Positions 18,192 to 27,587 of a stretch of DNA of 64,000 nucleotides are shown piece after piece. This DNA comes from Terriglobia bacterium (GTDB taxonomy: Bacteria; Acidobacteriota; Polarisedimenticolia; Polarisedimenticolales; JAIQFR01): contig CAVVHE010000004.1 of the NCBI GenBank assembly GCA_963748015.1, forward strand, positions 192,001 to 256,000. The letters are read 5' to 3'. The first letter of the stretch is position 1. Each line of letters opens with the position of its first letter. The notes beneath the pieces were generated by a model. That model saw nothing but the letters and a program-made list of their open reading frames with translations, was not told where the DNA came from and made no database searches. The position numbers were made by a program, and so were the translations under genes.

Positions 18192-20795
18192 ATGAACCGA
18201 GGCTTCCGAACGCTGGCCGCCATCGCCCTCGCCGCCGCCGCGTGTCTCGCGCCACTCGCCCGCGCCCAGCAGGCGCAGCCCACCGTCGAGGAAATCCTCA
18301 CGCAGGGCCTCAGCCGGATGACGCGGGAGGCCTTGCTCCACGCATTCGGGGTCCGCGTCGGCGATCCGTACGATCCCCGAAAGATCCGGGAGGAGTTCCG
18401 CAAGTTGTGGAGCCTCGGGATCTTCAGCGACATCAGCGTCGAGGCCGAGGACGGACCCGGCGGCGGCAAGGTCCTCGTGCTGAAGGTCAAGGAGCGGCCG
18501 GTCCTGACGTCCGTCTCCTACGAGGAGAACAAGGTCCTGACCCGGACGCAGATCGAGGACCGCCTCAAGGAGCGCAAGGTCAAGCTCGAGCCCGGCAAGC
18601 CGCTCGATCTCAAGGCCGTCTTCGAGGCCGAGTCGGCGATTCGCGAGTACCTGGGAGAGAAGGGGTACCTCGATCCCCAGGTCTCCCACCGCGTCGACCG
18701 TCCCACCGACACCACGGCGGCGGTGAGCTTCTCGCTCCGGCCCGGGGGCAAGACCCGCATCTCCTCGATCCGCTTCGTGGGCAACACGGTGTTCAGCCAG
18801 CGCAGGCTGATGAAGAGCCTCAAGCTCACGCGCCCCAGGCAGTGGTGGCGGCCGTGGTCCTCGAAGTCGCTCTACCACCCCGCCAAGTGGGACATGGACG
18901 CCAACAACATCCGCGACCTCTACGAGAACCGCGGCTACCTGGACGTCGACCTGCGCCCGCCCGTCGTGGACGTGACGGAGACCGTCAAGGGCGGGAAGAA
19001 GCCGCCGGTCGGGGAGGTCCCGGCGGGAGGGACGGGCACGACGCCCGCCGCCGCGGCGCCGGGCGGGAGCGACGTACCCCCGGAACCGCAGCCGCCGCTC
19101 ACCGAGAAACAGAAGAAGGAGCAGGAGAAGGCGAAGAAGAAGGCCGAGAAGGAGCGCAAGAAGGCCGAGCCGAAGGTGGAGAGGAGGGTCGCCCTCACCG
19201 TTCCCGTCGTGGAGGGGCCGGAATACCGGGCGGGCAAGATCTCGGTCACCGGGAACACGGTGTTCAGGGAGCAGGACGTTCTCGCGTTCGTCCCGCTCCG
19301 GTCGGGCGACGTGGTCAACATCGGTCTCCTGAAGCTCTCGGTGGACGCCATCACCAAGGCCTACGGGAACAAGGGGTACTACCTCGCCACGGCCGTCCAG
19401 CAGCGCGACCGGCACCCGGACAAGAAGCTCGCGGACATTCAGATCGTGGTCACGGAGGACAAGCCCTACTACGTGTCACGGATCGAGTTCACGGGAAACG
19501 TGGTCACCCGCGACCGGGTGCTGCGACGGGAGTTCCCCATTCGCGAAGGGGACCTGTTCAACCGGAGCCTCCTCGACATCGGGCTCTCCAAGGTGAACCA
19601 GCTCGGCTACTTCGAATCCAAGGCGCAGCCCGTCATCGAGCCGATCGAGGGGGAGAACCGGGTTCGCGTCAGCGTGGAAGGAGAGGAAAAGAGCCGGAAC
19701 GAGATCCAGGTCGGGGGCGGCTACAGCGGACTCGACGGGATGTTCTTCCAGGGGATGTTCTCGACCCGCAACTTCCTGGGGCGCGGACAGACCGTCTCGC
19801 TCTCGGCCCAGATCGGCGGCAGGGCGACCCGGTACAGCATCTCGTTCGTCGAGCCCTGGCTCTTCAATCGCCCCTACAACGCCGGATTCAGCCTCTACCG
19901 CCAGGACGTGGACTACGGGTCGGGGCTCAAGAACTCGAGCAGCGGCGGCGGGGTCGTCATCGGCCGGCAGATCGGCTACTACAGCCGGGTCCAGGGCAAC
20001 TACAACTACCAGGTGAGCACCGCGACGAACTTCACCGTGAGCGGCGGGGCGTCCACGGTCTACGTCTCGAGCATCACGCCGAGCTTCAGCCACTTCCGCA
20101 TCAACAACCCGTACCGGCCGAGCCGGGGGTGGTCCGTGGATCTGGGCCTGCAGCTCGCCGGGGAGTTCCTCGGGGGGGACAGCTCGTTCTACAGGCCGGT
20201 TCTCAACTACTCGGGATACAAGCGGGCCGTAAGGAACACGTTCTTCGGTTTTCACTCCGAGATCGGCATGATCCACGCCTGGGGAACGGGCGTCCCGTCG
20301 ACGGCGGACGTCAACGGCGTGCCGCGCTTCTCCCGCTTCTGGATCGGCGGCGACACCCAGGGCCCCAGGATCTTCGACGTGCGATCGGTCACCCCGCTCC
20401 GGTTCGTCCGGCTCGACTCCACGGGCCGGATCATCGAGGCGGTGAGGGACCCGCGGGGACGCCCCGTGAGGGACTTCGACCGGAACGGCGACGGGATCCT
20501 CAACATCTACGACCTCGTCGAGATGGGGGGCGACCGGTATTATCTTATGCAGGCGGAGTACGTGGTGCCGCTCAGCGGGCCGGTGGAGGCGGCGTTCTTC
20601 CTGGACGTCGGCAACTCCTTGTTCGAGGATACGCCATGGAGCTTCCAGGAAGTTCGGGCTTCCGCCGGGATCGAGATGCGGTTCTATCTCCCGGTGTTCC
20701 CGGTTCCACTCCGGCTCATGTACGGGTGGCCCATCCGCCAGCTCATACAGGACCGGACGAGCAATTTCATGTTCTCGATCGGAAAGAGCTTCTGA
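18192..20795 (+). CDS. bamA: Outer membrane protein assembly factor BamA
   Basis: Signal peptide, POTRA repeats (GN..TRDRVLRRE), NFLGRGQ, barrel ending in F; precedes skp-lpxD. Confidence 0.95.
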   Translation: MNRGFRTLAAIALAAAACLAPLARAQQAQPTVEEILTQGLSRMTREALLHAFGVRVGDPYDPRKIREEFRKLWSLGIFSDISVEAEDGPGGGKVLVLKVKERPVLTSVSYEENKVLTRTQIEDRLKERKVKLEPGKPLDLKAVFEAESAIREYLGEKGYLDPQVSHRVDRPTDTTAAVSFSLRPGGKTRISSIRFVGNTVFSQRRLMKSLKLTRPRQWWRPWSSKSLYHPAKWDMDANNIRDLYENRGYLDVDLRPPVVDVTETVKGGKKPPVGEVPAGGTGTTPAAAAPGGSDVPPEPQPPLTEKQKKEQEKAKKKAEKERKKAEPKVERRVALTVPVVEGPEYRAGKISVTGNTVFREQDVLAFVPLRSGDVVNIGLLKLSVDAITKAYGNKGYYLATAVQQRDRHPDKKLADIQIVVTEDKPYYVSRIEFTGNVVTRDRVLRREFPIREGDLFNRSLLDIGLSKVNQLGYFESKAQPVIEPIEGENRVRVSVEGEEKSRNEIQVGGGYSGLDGMFFQGMFSTRNFLGRGQTVSLSAQIGGRATRYSISFVEPWLFNRPYNAGFSLYRQDVDYGSGLKNSSSGGGVVIGRQIGYYSRVQGNYNYQVSTATNFTVSGGASTVYVSSITPSFSHFRINNPYRPSRGWSVDLGLQLAGEFLGGDSSFYRPVLNYSGYKRAVRNTFFGFHSEIGMIHAWGTGVPSTADVNGVPRFSRFWIGGDTQGPRIFDVRSVTPLRFVRLDSTGRIIEAVRDPRGRPVRDFDRNGDGILNIYDLVEMGGDRYYLMQAEYVVPLSGPVEAAFFLDVGNSLFEDTPWSFQEVRASAGIEMRFYLPVFPVPLRLMYGWPIRQLIQDRTSNFMFSIGKSF

Positions 20796-20890
20796 TGGAC
20801 CGGCCGCGGGCCGCGCGCTCGGCGCCGGGTTTCGATTCGACCGCGCCGCGCCGGACCCAGGGACGGTGCGCGGGAAGGAAGGGGAGTTCG

Positions 20891-21496
20891 ATGAAGCGAA
20901 TCGTGTGCCTCGTGATCGTCGTCGCGCTCGCGGCGGCCGGCGCCGCCCGGGCCCAGGCTGTCGCCCCGTCCAAGATCGGGGTGTTCGACGCGCAGCGCGT
21001 CTCGGAGGAGACCGCCGAGGGAAAGAAGCTCCAGGTCCGGCTCACCGCGTTCAGCGAGAAGAAGCGGGCCGATATCTCCGGCAAGGAGAGGGAAGCGCAG
21101 GATCTTCAGGAAAAGCTCAACGCCCAGGCGCTCTCCCTCTCGCCCGAAAAGCGGTCCGGCATGGAGAGGGACCTCCAGAGGAAGATGCTGGAGCTCAACC
21201 AGGCCCGCGAGAGCGCGCAGCGCGACATGCAGCTCGAGGTGAGCGAAGCGGAGAGTTCCTTCCGGGAGAAGCTCCTCGCGGCGGTCGAGTCGTTCGGCCG
21301 GGACGAGGGGTTCGCCATCGTCCTCGAGCGCGGCGCCGCGATCTACGTGCACCCCTCGAGCGACGTGACGACGGCGATCGTGGACCGCTTCAACAAGATG
21401 TTCCCGGTGCAGCCGGAGACTCCCGCCGCGAAGGAGGGGGCGAAGCCCGCCGCCGCGCCCGCCGCTCCGCCGGCCGCGTCGTCCGACAAGAAGTAG
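20891..21496 (+). CDS. skp: Periplasmic chaperone Skp/OmpH
   Basis: Signal peptide, KIGVFD, long coiled coil, DVT..IV; between bamA and lpxD. Confidence 0.92.
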   Translation: MKRIVCLVIVVALAAAGAARAQAVAPSKIGVFDAQRVSEETAEGKKLQVRLTAFSEKKRADISGKEREAQDLQEKLNAQALSLSPEKRSGMERDLQRKMLELNQARESAQRDMQLEVSEAESSFREKLLAAVESFGRDEGFAIVLERGAAIYVHPSSDVTTAIVDRFNKMFPVQPETPAAKEGAKPAAAPAAPPAASSDKK

Positions 21497-21542
21497 CCGT
21501 CCGGGGGACCGGGACCCCGCCCGCGTCCCGGAGAGGAGTCCG

Positions 21543-22583
21543 ATGGCCGACGGTTTCCGGCTGGGCGAACTGGCGTCCCGGGTCGGGGGACGCGTCGCCG
21601 GCGATCCGGAGCGGATCATCCGAGGCGTGGCCACGCTCGACGAGGCCGGGCCGTCGGATCTCGCCTTCCTGACCAACCCGAAGTACCGGAAGGCGACGGA
21701 GGGGACGCGCGCGGGCGCGATCCTGGTGGCGTCGGGAACGCTCCTGCCGGGGCGCGACCTGCTCGAGGTCCCCGAGCCGTACCTGGCGCTCGCGGAGATC
21801 CTGGACCTCCTCTACCCGCCCCGCGCGCGCCGGCCCGGCGTCTCCGCGCTCGCCTTCGTCGGAGAGGGAGCGGAGGCCGGCGAGGACGCGGAGGTCGGCC
21901 CCTTCGCCGTCCTCGGCGCCGGCGCGAGGATCGGCCGCCGGGCGACGGTGGGCGCGGGCGCCGTGGTCGGCGACGGGGCGGAGGTCGGCGACGACACCGT
22001 CATCCACCCGCGCGCCGTGCTCTACCCGGGAACGCGCGTCGGGTCCCGCTGCATCGTCCACGCCGGCGTGGTTCTCGGCGCCGACGGCTTCGGGTTCGCG
22101 ACGTCGTCGGGGAAGCACCGCAAGGTGCCCCAGCTCGGCCGGGTCGTCGTCGAGGACGACGTCGAGATCGGAGCGAACAGCGCCGTCGACCGGGGCATGC
22201 TGGGAGAAACGGTGGTCGGGCGGGGAACGAAGATCGACGACCTCGTCATGGTGGCCCACGGCGTCCGGATCGGTCCCGACGGCCTCATGGCGGCGCAGGC
22301 GGGGATCGCCGGGAGCACCCGGGTCGGCCGGGGAGTCACGTTCGCCGGGCAATCCGGGGCGGCGGGCCACCTCTCGATCGGGGACGGCTCGGTGATCGCC
22401 GCCAAGTCGGCGGTGTTCGCCGACCTGCCCGCCCGGTCGTTCGTCGCCGGGATTCCCGCGGTGAATCACCTGGCCTGGAAACGGGCGCAGGCGCTCGTCC
22501 GGAGCCTGCCGGAGCTCCGCGCGCGGGTCCGCCGGCTCGAGGCGCGCCTCGCGGCGCTCGAAGGCAAGGAAAAGGGGGACTGA
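21543..22583 (+). CDS. lpxD: UDP-3-O-(3-hydroxyacyl)glucosamine N-acyltransferase
   Basis: Hexapeptide repeats, GADGFGF, KVPQLG.V, DRG, KIDDLV.VAH. Confidence 0.96.
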   Translation: MADGFRLGELASRVGGRVAGDPERIIRGVATLDEAGPSDLAFLTNPKYRKATEGTRAGAILVASGTLLPGRDLLEVPEPYLALAEILDLLYPPRARRPGVSALAFVGEGAEAGEDAEVGPFAVLGAGARIGRRATVGAGAVVGDGAEVGDDTVIHPRAVLYPGTRVGSRCIVHAGVVLGADGFGFATSSGKHRKVPQLGRVVVEDDVEIGANSAVDRGMLGETVVGRGTKIDDLVMVAHGVRIGPDGLMAAQAGIAGSTRVGRGVTFAGQSGAAGHLSIGDGSVIAAKSAVFADLPARSFVAGIPAVNHLAWKRAQALVRSLPELRARVRRLEARLAALEGKEKGD

Positions 22584-22586
22584 TTC

Positions 22587-23021
22587 TTGTTGGACATCAG
22601 AGGAATCCTCGACAGCATCCCGCACCGCTATCCGTTCCTGCTCGTGGACCGAGTGATCGAGATCGTGCCGGGGCGACGGATCGTCGCGATCAAGAACGTG
22701 ACGTTCAACGAGCCTTACTTCCAGGGGCACTTCCCCGGCCTGCCGGTAATGCCCGGCGTGCTGATCGTCGAGGCGATGGCCCAGACCGGCGCGGTGCTCA
22801 TGCTCCACGACTTCGCGCAGCGGAAGGAGAAGCTCGTCTACTTCGCCGGGATCGACGAGGCGAGGTTCCGCCGCGTCGTGCGCCCGGGCGACCGGCTGAC
22901 GATCACCATGGAGGTGGTCAAGCTGCGCTCCCGGACCTGCAAGATGAAGGGCGTCGCGGAGGTGGACGGGGAGATCGCGGCCGAGGCCGAGATCCTCTCG
23001 GCCATGGCGGACAGGGAGTAG
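22587..23021 (+). CDS. fabZ: 3-hydroxyacyl-ACP dehydratase
   Basis: [31 protein letters not shown]. Confidence 0.97.
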   Translation: MLDIRGILDSIPHRYPFLLVDRVIEIVPGRRIVAIKNVTFNEPYFQGHFPGLPVMPGVLIVEAMAQTGAVLMLHDFAQRKEKLVYFAGIDEARFRRVVRPGDRLTITMEVVKLRSRTCKMKGVAEVDGEIAAEAEILSAMADRE

Positions 23022-23026
23022 GGGCC

Positions 23027-23809
23027 GTGCCGGCGCCCGAAGTCCACCCTACCGCCGTCGTCGCCGGGTCGGCGCGCGTCGCTCCCGGCGCCTACGTCGG
23101 GCCCCATTGCGTCGTCGAGCCGGGGGTCGAGGTCGGAGAGGGAACGCGCCTCCTGTCGCACGTGGTGGTCCACGAGGGGACCGTTCTCGGGCCCGGCAAC
23201 GTCGTCTCCCCGATGGCGGTGCTCGGCGGCGCGCCGCAGGACCTCAAGTACGGGGGCGAGCCGACCCGACTCGTCGTCGGGGCCCGGAACCGCATCCGCG
23301 AGTGCGTGACCATGAATCGCGGAACCGGGGGAGGCGGGGGCGTCACGACCGTCGGCGACGACAACCTCGTGATGGCCTACTCGCACATCGCCCACGACTG
23401 CCGCGTCGGGAACTCCACGATCCTCGGCAACGCCGCGACCCTGGCGGGACACGTCGAGATCGACGACGAGGCGTACGTCGGCGCCTTCAGCGGCATCCAC
23501 CAGTTCACGCGCGTGGCCAGGCACGCCTTCATCGGCGGCTACTCGGTGGTCACGCAGGACGCGCTCCCTTGGGTCCTGACGGTCGGGAACCGCGCGACGA
23601 CCCACGGCATCAACCTGGTCGGTCTCAAGCGGAAGGGGTACTCCGACGAGACGATCGAGGCCATCAAGCAGTGCTACATGACGCTCTTCCGGTCGAAGCT
23701 GCTCCTCAAGGACGCCATCGAGAAGGTGGAGGCCGAGTTCGGGAGCTTCGAGGAGGTGCGCTACTTCCTCGAGTTCGTCCGCACCTCGAAGCGCGGAGTT
23801 TGCCGCTAA
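23027..23809 (+). CDS. lpxA: UDP-N-acetylglucosamine acyltransferase
   Basis: HPTAVV, PQDLKY, HIAHDC, LAGHV, HQF, NLVGLKR. Confidence 0.97.
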   Translation: MPAPEVHPTAVVAGSARVAPGAYVGPHCVVEPGVEVGEGTRLLSHVVVHEGTVLGPGNVVSPMAVLGGAPQDLKYGGEPTRLVVGARNRIRECVTMNRGTGGGGGVTTVGDDNLVMAYSHIAHDCRVGNSTILGNAATLAGHVEIDDEAYVGAFSGIHQFTRVARHAFIGGYSVVTQDALPWVLTVGNRATTHGINLVGLKRKGYSDETIEAIKQCYMTLFRSKLLLKDAIEKVEAEFGSFEEVRYFLEFVRTSKRGVCR

Positions 23810-23811
23810 CG

Positions 23812-23968
23812 GGTCGACGCGGTTCCGGAATCGTCCTCGCCGGGCACGCTCGCCGGTGCACGATTCTCACGTGCCGGCTCGCTCCGCTTTCGGCGCGCCC
23901 GGTTACAAGGAAACACCGGGCGCGCCGAAAGAGGGCCCGGCGAGGACGATTCCGGAACCGCGTCGACC
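23812..23968 (-). repeat. Three-way-junction palindromic element, copy B
   Basis: Perfect 34-bp inverted repeat 23812-23845/23935-23968; perfect 17-bp hairpin 23887-23931; bulged hairpin 23853-23877. Confidence 0.9.
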
Positions 23969-23972
23969 GGGG

Positions 23973-25082
23973 ATGAACATGGTCCGGCGAGAAGATACGA
24001 GCCGCCCGACGCCCGATCCGGTTCGCGCGTTCATCGAGGCGCGGATCGCGGCGGGGGAGATGCCCGGGGCCTGCTGGCGGGTGGAGGGGCCTGGCGGCGT
24101 GCTGTCGCGGGGCGCTTCGGGCGATGCCGCGATCGCTCCGGTCCGCGAGGCGGCGGACGAGGACACCCCCTTCGACCTGGCGTCGCTCACGAAGCCGCTC
24201 GCGACCGCGCTGCTCGCGGTCCTGCTCGAGGCGGAGGGGAAGATCGACCTCGACGCACGAGCCGCGCTCCTGCTCCCGGAGCTCGGCGGCTCGGCGTACG
24301 ACGCGGTGACCCTGGCGGAGCTCGCGTCCCACCGGGGGGGATTCCCCGCGTGGCGCGCGCTCTACCTCGAAGCCGGGACGCTCGACGGCTTCGTCCGGGC
24401 GATCGCGGCGACGGCCCCGGAAGCCGCGCGAGGAACGACGCTGTATTCCGACCTGTCCTTCGTCTTGCTCGGCGCGGCGATCGAGCGCGCCGCGGGAGAG
24501 CCGCTCGACGCGCTGTTCGAAGCGAGGATCGCGCGCCCGCTCGGGCTGCGGTCGACCGCGTTCGCGACCACGGCGGGGCGCTTCGCGCGCGCGGCCGCCA
24601 CCGAGGAGGGGAACGCCTACGAGCGGCGGATGGCAGGCTTGGCCGGCGCGAGCCACGCCTGGCGGGCGGCGATCCCTCGAGGCGAGGTCCACGACGCGAA
24701 TGCCCACGCGCTCGGCGGCGTGTCCGGGCACGCGGGCCTCTTCGGCACCGCGGCGGAGGTCGCCGCGATCGCGCGGGAGCTGCTCGTCCCGCGCGAGCTG
24801 CCGATCGCGGGCAGAGGACGGCGACGCCTGCTCGCTCCCGTGGCGGGGCCCGGCACGCGGACCTGCGGGTTCACGACGGCGGCGCTGTCCGGCGCGGCCC
24901 GTGGCGTGCTGCCGGACGCCGCGCCCGGGCACACCGGATTCACCGGGACGTCCCTGTGGCTCGATCCCGACGCGTCGCGGATCTACGTGCTCCTCACCGG
25001 CCGCGTCCACCCGGCCGTGCCCTCCGGGGACTTCCAGCCGGTGCGCCGCGAGTTCCACCGGATCGCCGCGACGCTCGCCTGA
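23973..25082 (+). CDS. Serine hydrolase, beta-lactamase/AmpC-like family
   Basis: FDLASLTK (SxxK), YSD, GEVHDANA, GHAGLF, GHTGFTG; start uncertain (23973 or 23979). Confidence 0.88.
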   Translation: MNMVRREDTSRPTPDPVRAFIEARIAAGEMPGACWRVEGPGGVLSRGASGDAAIAPVREAADEDTPFDLASLTKPLATALLAVLLEAEGKIDLDARAALLLPELGGSAYDAVTLAELASHRGGFPAWRALYLEAGTLDGFVRAIAATAPEAARGTTLYSDLSFVLLGAAIERAAGEPLDALFEARIARPLGLRSTAFATTAGRFARAAATEEGNAYERRMAGLAGASHAWRAAIPRGEVHDANAHALGGVSGHAGLFGTAAEVAAIARELLVPRELPIAGRGRRRLLAPVAGPGTRTCGFTTAALSGAARGVLPDAAPGHTGFTGTSLWLDPDASRIYVLLTGRVHPAVPSGDFQPVRREFHRIAATLA

Positions 25083-25165
25083 GCGATCCCCGGGACCGCG
25101 GTGCGGCGCTCGCGCACCCGCAAGACTAGAATGGCCGGCCGGGGCGTGGAGCGCAACACCATCGG

Positions 25166-26206
25166 ATGAGAGAGAATTCGACCATCATCCTCGACGAGAA
25201 GGGGCCCCGCCAGGCGTACGGGTGGGCGTTCTCCGCTTCCACCTGGATTCACATGATCCTCCTGGTCGCGCTCGTGTGGCTGCCCGCGGTCCGGCCCCGC
25301 CAGGAGGAGAAGAAGGAAATCGTCGAGTTCGACGTCGCGAGGAAGGAGACGCCGAAGCCGAAGCCGAAGCCGAAGGAGCCCGAGCAGCGCCCGTTTCGCC
25401 AGGCTCCGGCGCAGCGGCGCACGCCGCCGCCGAGCGGCGGCGCCGCGGAGCGATCGCAGATCGTGCCGCCCTCGGCGACGCCTTTCTCTCCGCCGGAGTC
25501 CGCGCCGCAGCAACCGCCCGAGTCACAACTCGCGGTGCCGCATTCCGGGGCATCGTCCATGGGTCCGAAGGGAGACCGGGCGGCCGGTCCCGAAGGTGGC
25601 GTGGGTGAGCCCTCGGCGGGTCCGGGCCGCGGGGAGGGGGCTCCCGGGACGTCCGAGCTGTCGCGCGCGATCCTCGATTTCCGCCGCTCGCTCCTCGGGC
25701 GCCAGGGGTCGGGCGGAGGCGGCAAGGGGGACGGCGGCTCCGGCTCCGGGGGAAGCGGCATCGGGGCCGGACCGCCCAGCGCGAGCGGTTTCGGCTTCGG
25801 CAACCTCCTCTTCGAGGGGAACGACTACGACTTCGTCAAGAAGGGATACGCCTCCCAGGCTTACTACGCGATCCTCAAGGCGTGGTACCGGCGGCTGTAC
25901 GCGATGGCCGATCGCTTCGAGAAGTGGGCGTTCGCGCGCGACAACTTCATGCTCGACCACCAGAACCGGATCCGGTTCGTGATCGGGCGCAGCGGCCAGA
26001 TCGTCCAGGTGGACCTCATCGGCGAATCCGGTTGCCAGCCCCTCGACATCTCCGCGATGGACGCCCTGCGGGAGGTCGTCCTTCCCCCGCTCCCCGACGA
26101 TTTCCCCCGGAGCGAGGAAGGGGTGATCGTCACGTTCATCGCGATGGGAGACATCCACGGGATGCGCGGCGATCCCCAGCTCCGCTACGCCTACTACGGC
26201 TACTGA
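25166..26206 (+). CDS. TonB/TolA-like protein
   Basis: SxxxH TM anchor (STWIH), PKPKPKPK and Pro/Gly-rich linker, C-terminal F.I..SG..SG..LD..A..A..LPPLP. Confidence 0.75.
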   Translation: MRENSTIILDEKGPRQAYGWAFSASTWIHMILLVALVWLPAVRPRQEEKKEIVEFDVARKETPKPKPKPKEPEQRPFRQAPAQRRTPPPSGGAAERSQIVPPSATPFSPPESAPQQPPESQLAVPHSGASSMGPKGDRAAGPEGGVGEPSAGPGRGEGAPGTSELSRAILDFRRSLLGRQGSGGGGKGDGGSGSGGSGIGAGPPSASGFGFGNLLFEGNDYDFVKKGYASQAYYAILKAWYRRLYAMADRFEKWAFARDNFMLDHQNRIRFVIGRSGQIVQVDLIGESGCQPLDISAMDALREVVLPPLPDDFPRSEEGVIVTFIAMGDIHGMRGDPQLRYAYYGY

Positions 26207-26255
26207 TCCGCCGGCGCGCGGGGCACGGCCCGCCGGGCGTGCTACAATCGAGAAG

Positions 26256-27587
26256 ATGTCCAATACTTTCAAGAGCTTCGGGCTTCGCGCCGAGCTGCAG
26301 CGCTCCTTGGATGAAGCGGGTTACGAGACGCCGATGCCGATCCAGGAGCTGGCGATCCCGATCCTCCTCTCCGGGCGGGACCTCATCGGCGTGGCGCAGA
26401 CCGGCACCGGCAAGACCCTCGCGTTTCTCCTGCCGATCTTCGAGCGGCTCCGTCCCGCGGGTGGCGATCCGCAGGCCGTCGTGATCTGCCCCACGCGCGA
26501 GCTGGCGCTGCAGGTCGCCGGAGAGGCGGAGCGGTTCGGCTCCCATCTGGGGGTCCGCACGGTGACCGCCTACGGCGGCACGTCGAGCGGGGAGCAGAAG
26601 CAGGCCCTCGTGCGCGGCTGCGACCTGGTGGTCGCGACGCCGGGGCGCCTGCTCGACTTCGTCACCTCGGCCTGGCTCTCCCTGCGGAGGATCCGCTTCC
26701 TCGTGCTCGACGAGGCCGACCGGATGCTCGACATGGGGTTCATCAACGACGTCGACGCCATCGTCCGCAAGGCGCCGATGAGCCGGCAGACGATGCTGTT
26801 CTCGGCGACGTTTCCTCCCGAGATCCGCGGGCTCGCCGACCGCTACCTCCTCCATCCCGAGACGGTGCGCATCGACACGGGGACCCGCGTGAAGGCCTCG
26901 GTGGAGCACGCGATCTACCCCGTCTCGGCGGGGCGCAAGGTCGATCTCCTGCTCGAGATCATGGAGCGGGACAAGCCGGCGAAGACCCTGATCTTCACGG
27001 CGACGCGAGAGGGAACCTCCGATCTCGCCCGGCAGCTCCGGCGCGGGCGGCACGAGGTCGTGTCGCTCTCGAGCCTGCTCTCGCAGGCCAACCGCGAGCG
27101 AGCGCTCGGCGCGTTCCGGCGGGGGGAGTTCGACGTCCTGGTCGCGACGGACGTTGCGGCAAGGGGACTGGACATCACGGACATCGACCTCGTGGTGAAC
27201 TTCGACGTCCCGATGCATGCCGAGGACTACGTGCACCGGATCGGCCGGACCGGGCGCGCGGAGCGCACCGGGAAGGCCGTCACGCTCGTGACCCCTGCCG
27301 ACGAAAGGCGCGTGAGCGCGATCGAGTTCCTCCTGAAGGAGCCCGTCCCCGTCGTGCGCCTCGAGAACTTCTCCTACGGCTACGAAGGAGGGGCTCCGGC
27401 CGGCCCGCGGCACCGCTCGGGCGGCGCGAGCGGCGGTTCCCGATCGAGGGAGGCCGGCGAGCCGGCGGGGTCCGAACCGAGACGCCCTCTCCGCCGGCGG
27501 CGCTCGAGCAGCGGAGCGGCGGGTGGGAAAGGGGGCGCCGGCGCGCCCGGCAAGCGGGATGGGGACGCTCCGCATCGTCGCCGGTGA
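26256..27587 (+). CDS. DEAD-box RNA helicase (RhlE-like)
   Basis: Q motif, AQTGTGKT, PTRELA, TPGRL, DEAD, SAT, ARGLD, HRIGRTGR. Confidence 0.95.
   Translation: MSNTFKSFGLRAELQRSLDEAGYETPMPIQELAIPILLSGRDLIGVAQTGTGKTLAFLLPIFERLRPAGGDPQAVVICPTRELALQVAGEAERFGSHLGVRTVTAYGGTSSGEQKQALVRGCDLVVATPGRLLDFVTSAWLSLRRIRFLVLDEADRMLDMGFINDVDAIVRKAPMSRQTMLFSATFPPEIRGLADRYLLHPETVRIDTGTRVKASVEHAIYPVSAGRKVDLLLEIMERDKPAKTLIFTATREGTSDLARQLRRGRHEVVSLSSLLSQANRERALGAFRRGEFDVLVATDVAARGLDITDIDLVVNFDVPMHAEDYVHRIGRTGRAERTGKAVTLVTPADERRVSAIEFLLKEPVPVVRLENFSYGYEGGAPAGPRHRSGGASGGSRSREAGEPAGSEPRRPLRRRRSSSGAAGGKGGAGAPGKRDGDAPHRRR

Noticed and set aside
13385..23809. clpC inside the lol-bamA-lpx cluster and absence of lpxB after lpxA
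   Set aside because: Gene-order variation of this kind is common; lpxB may lie elsewhere in the genome
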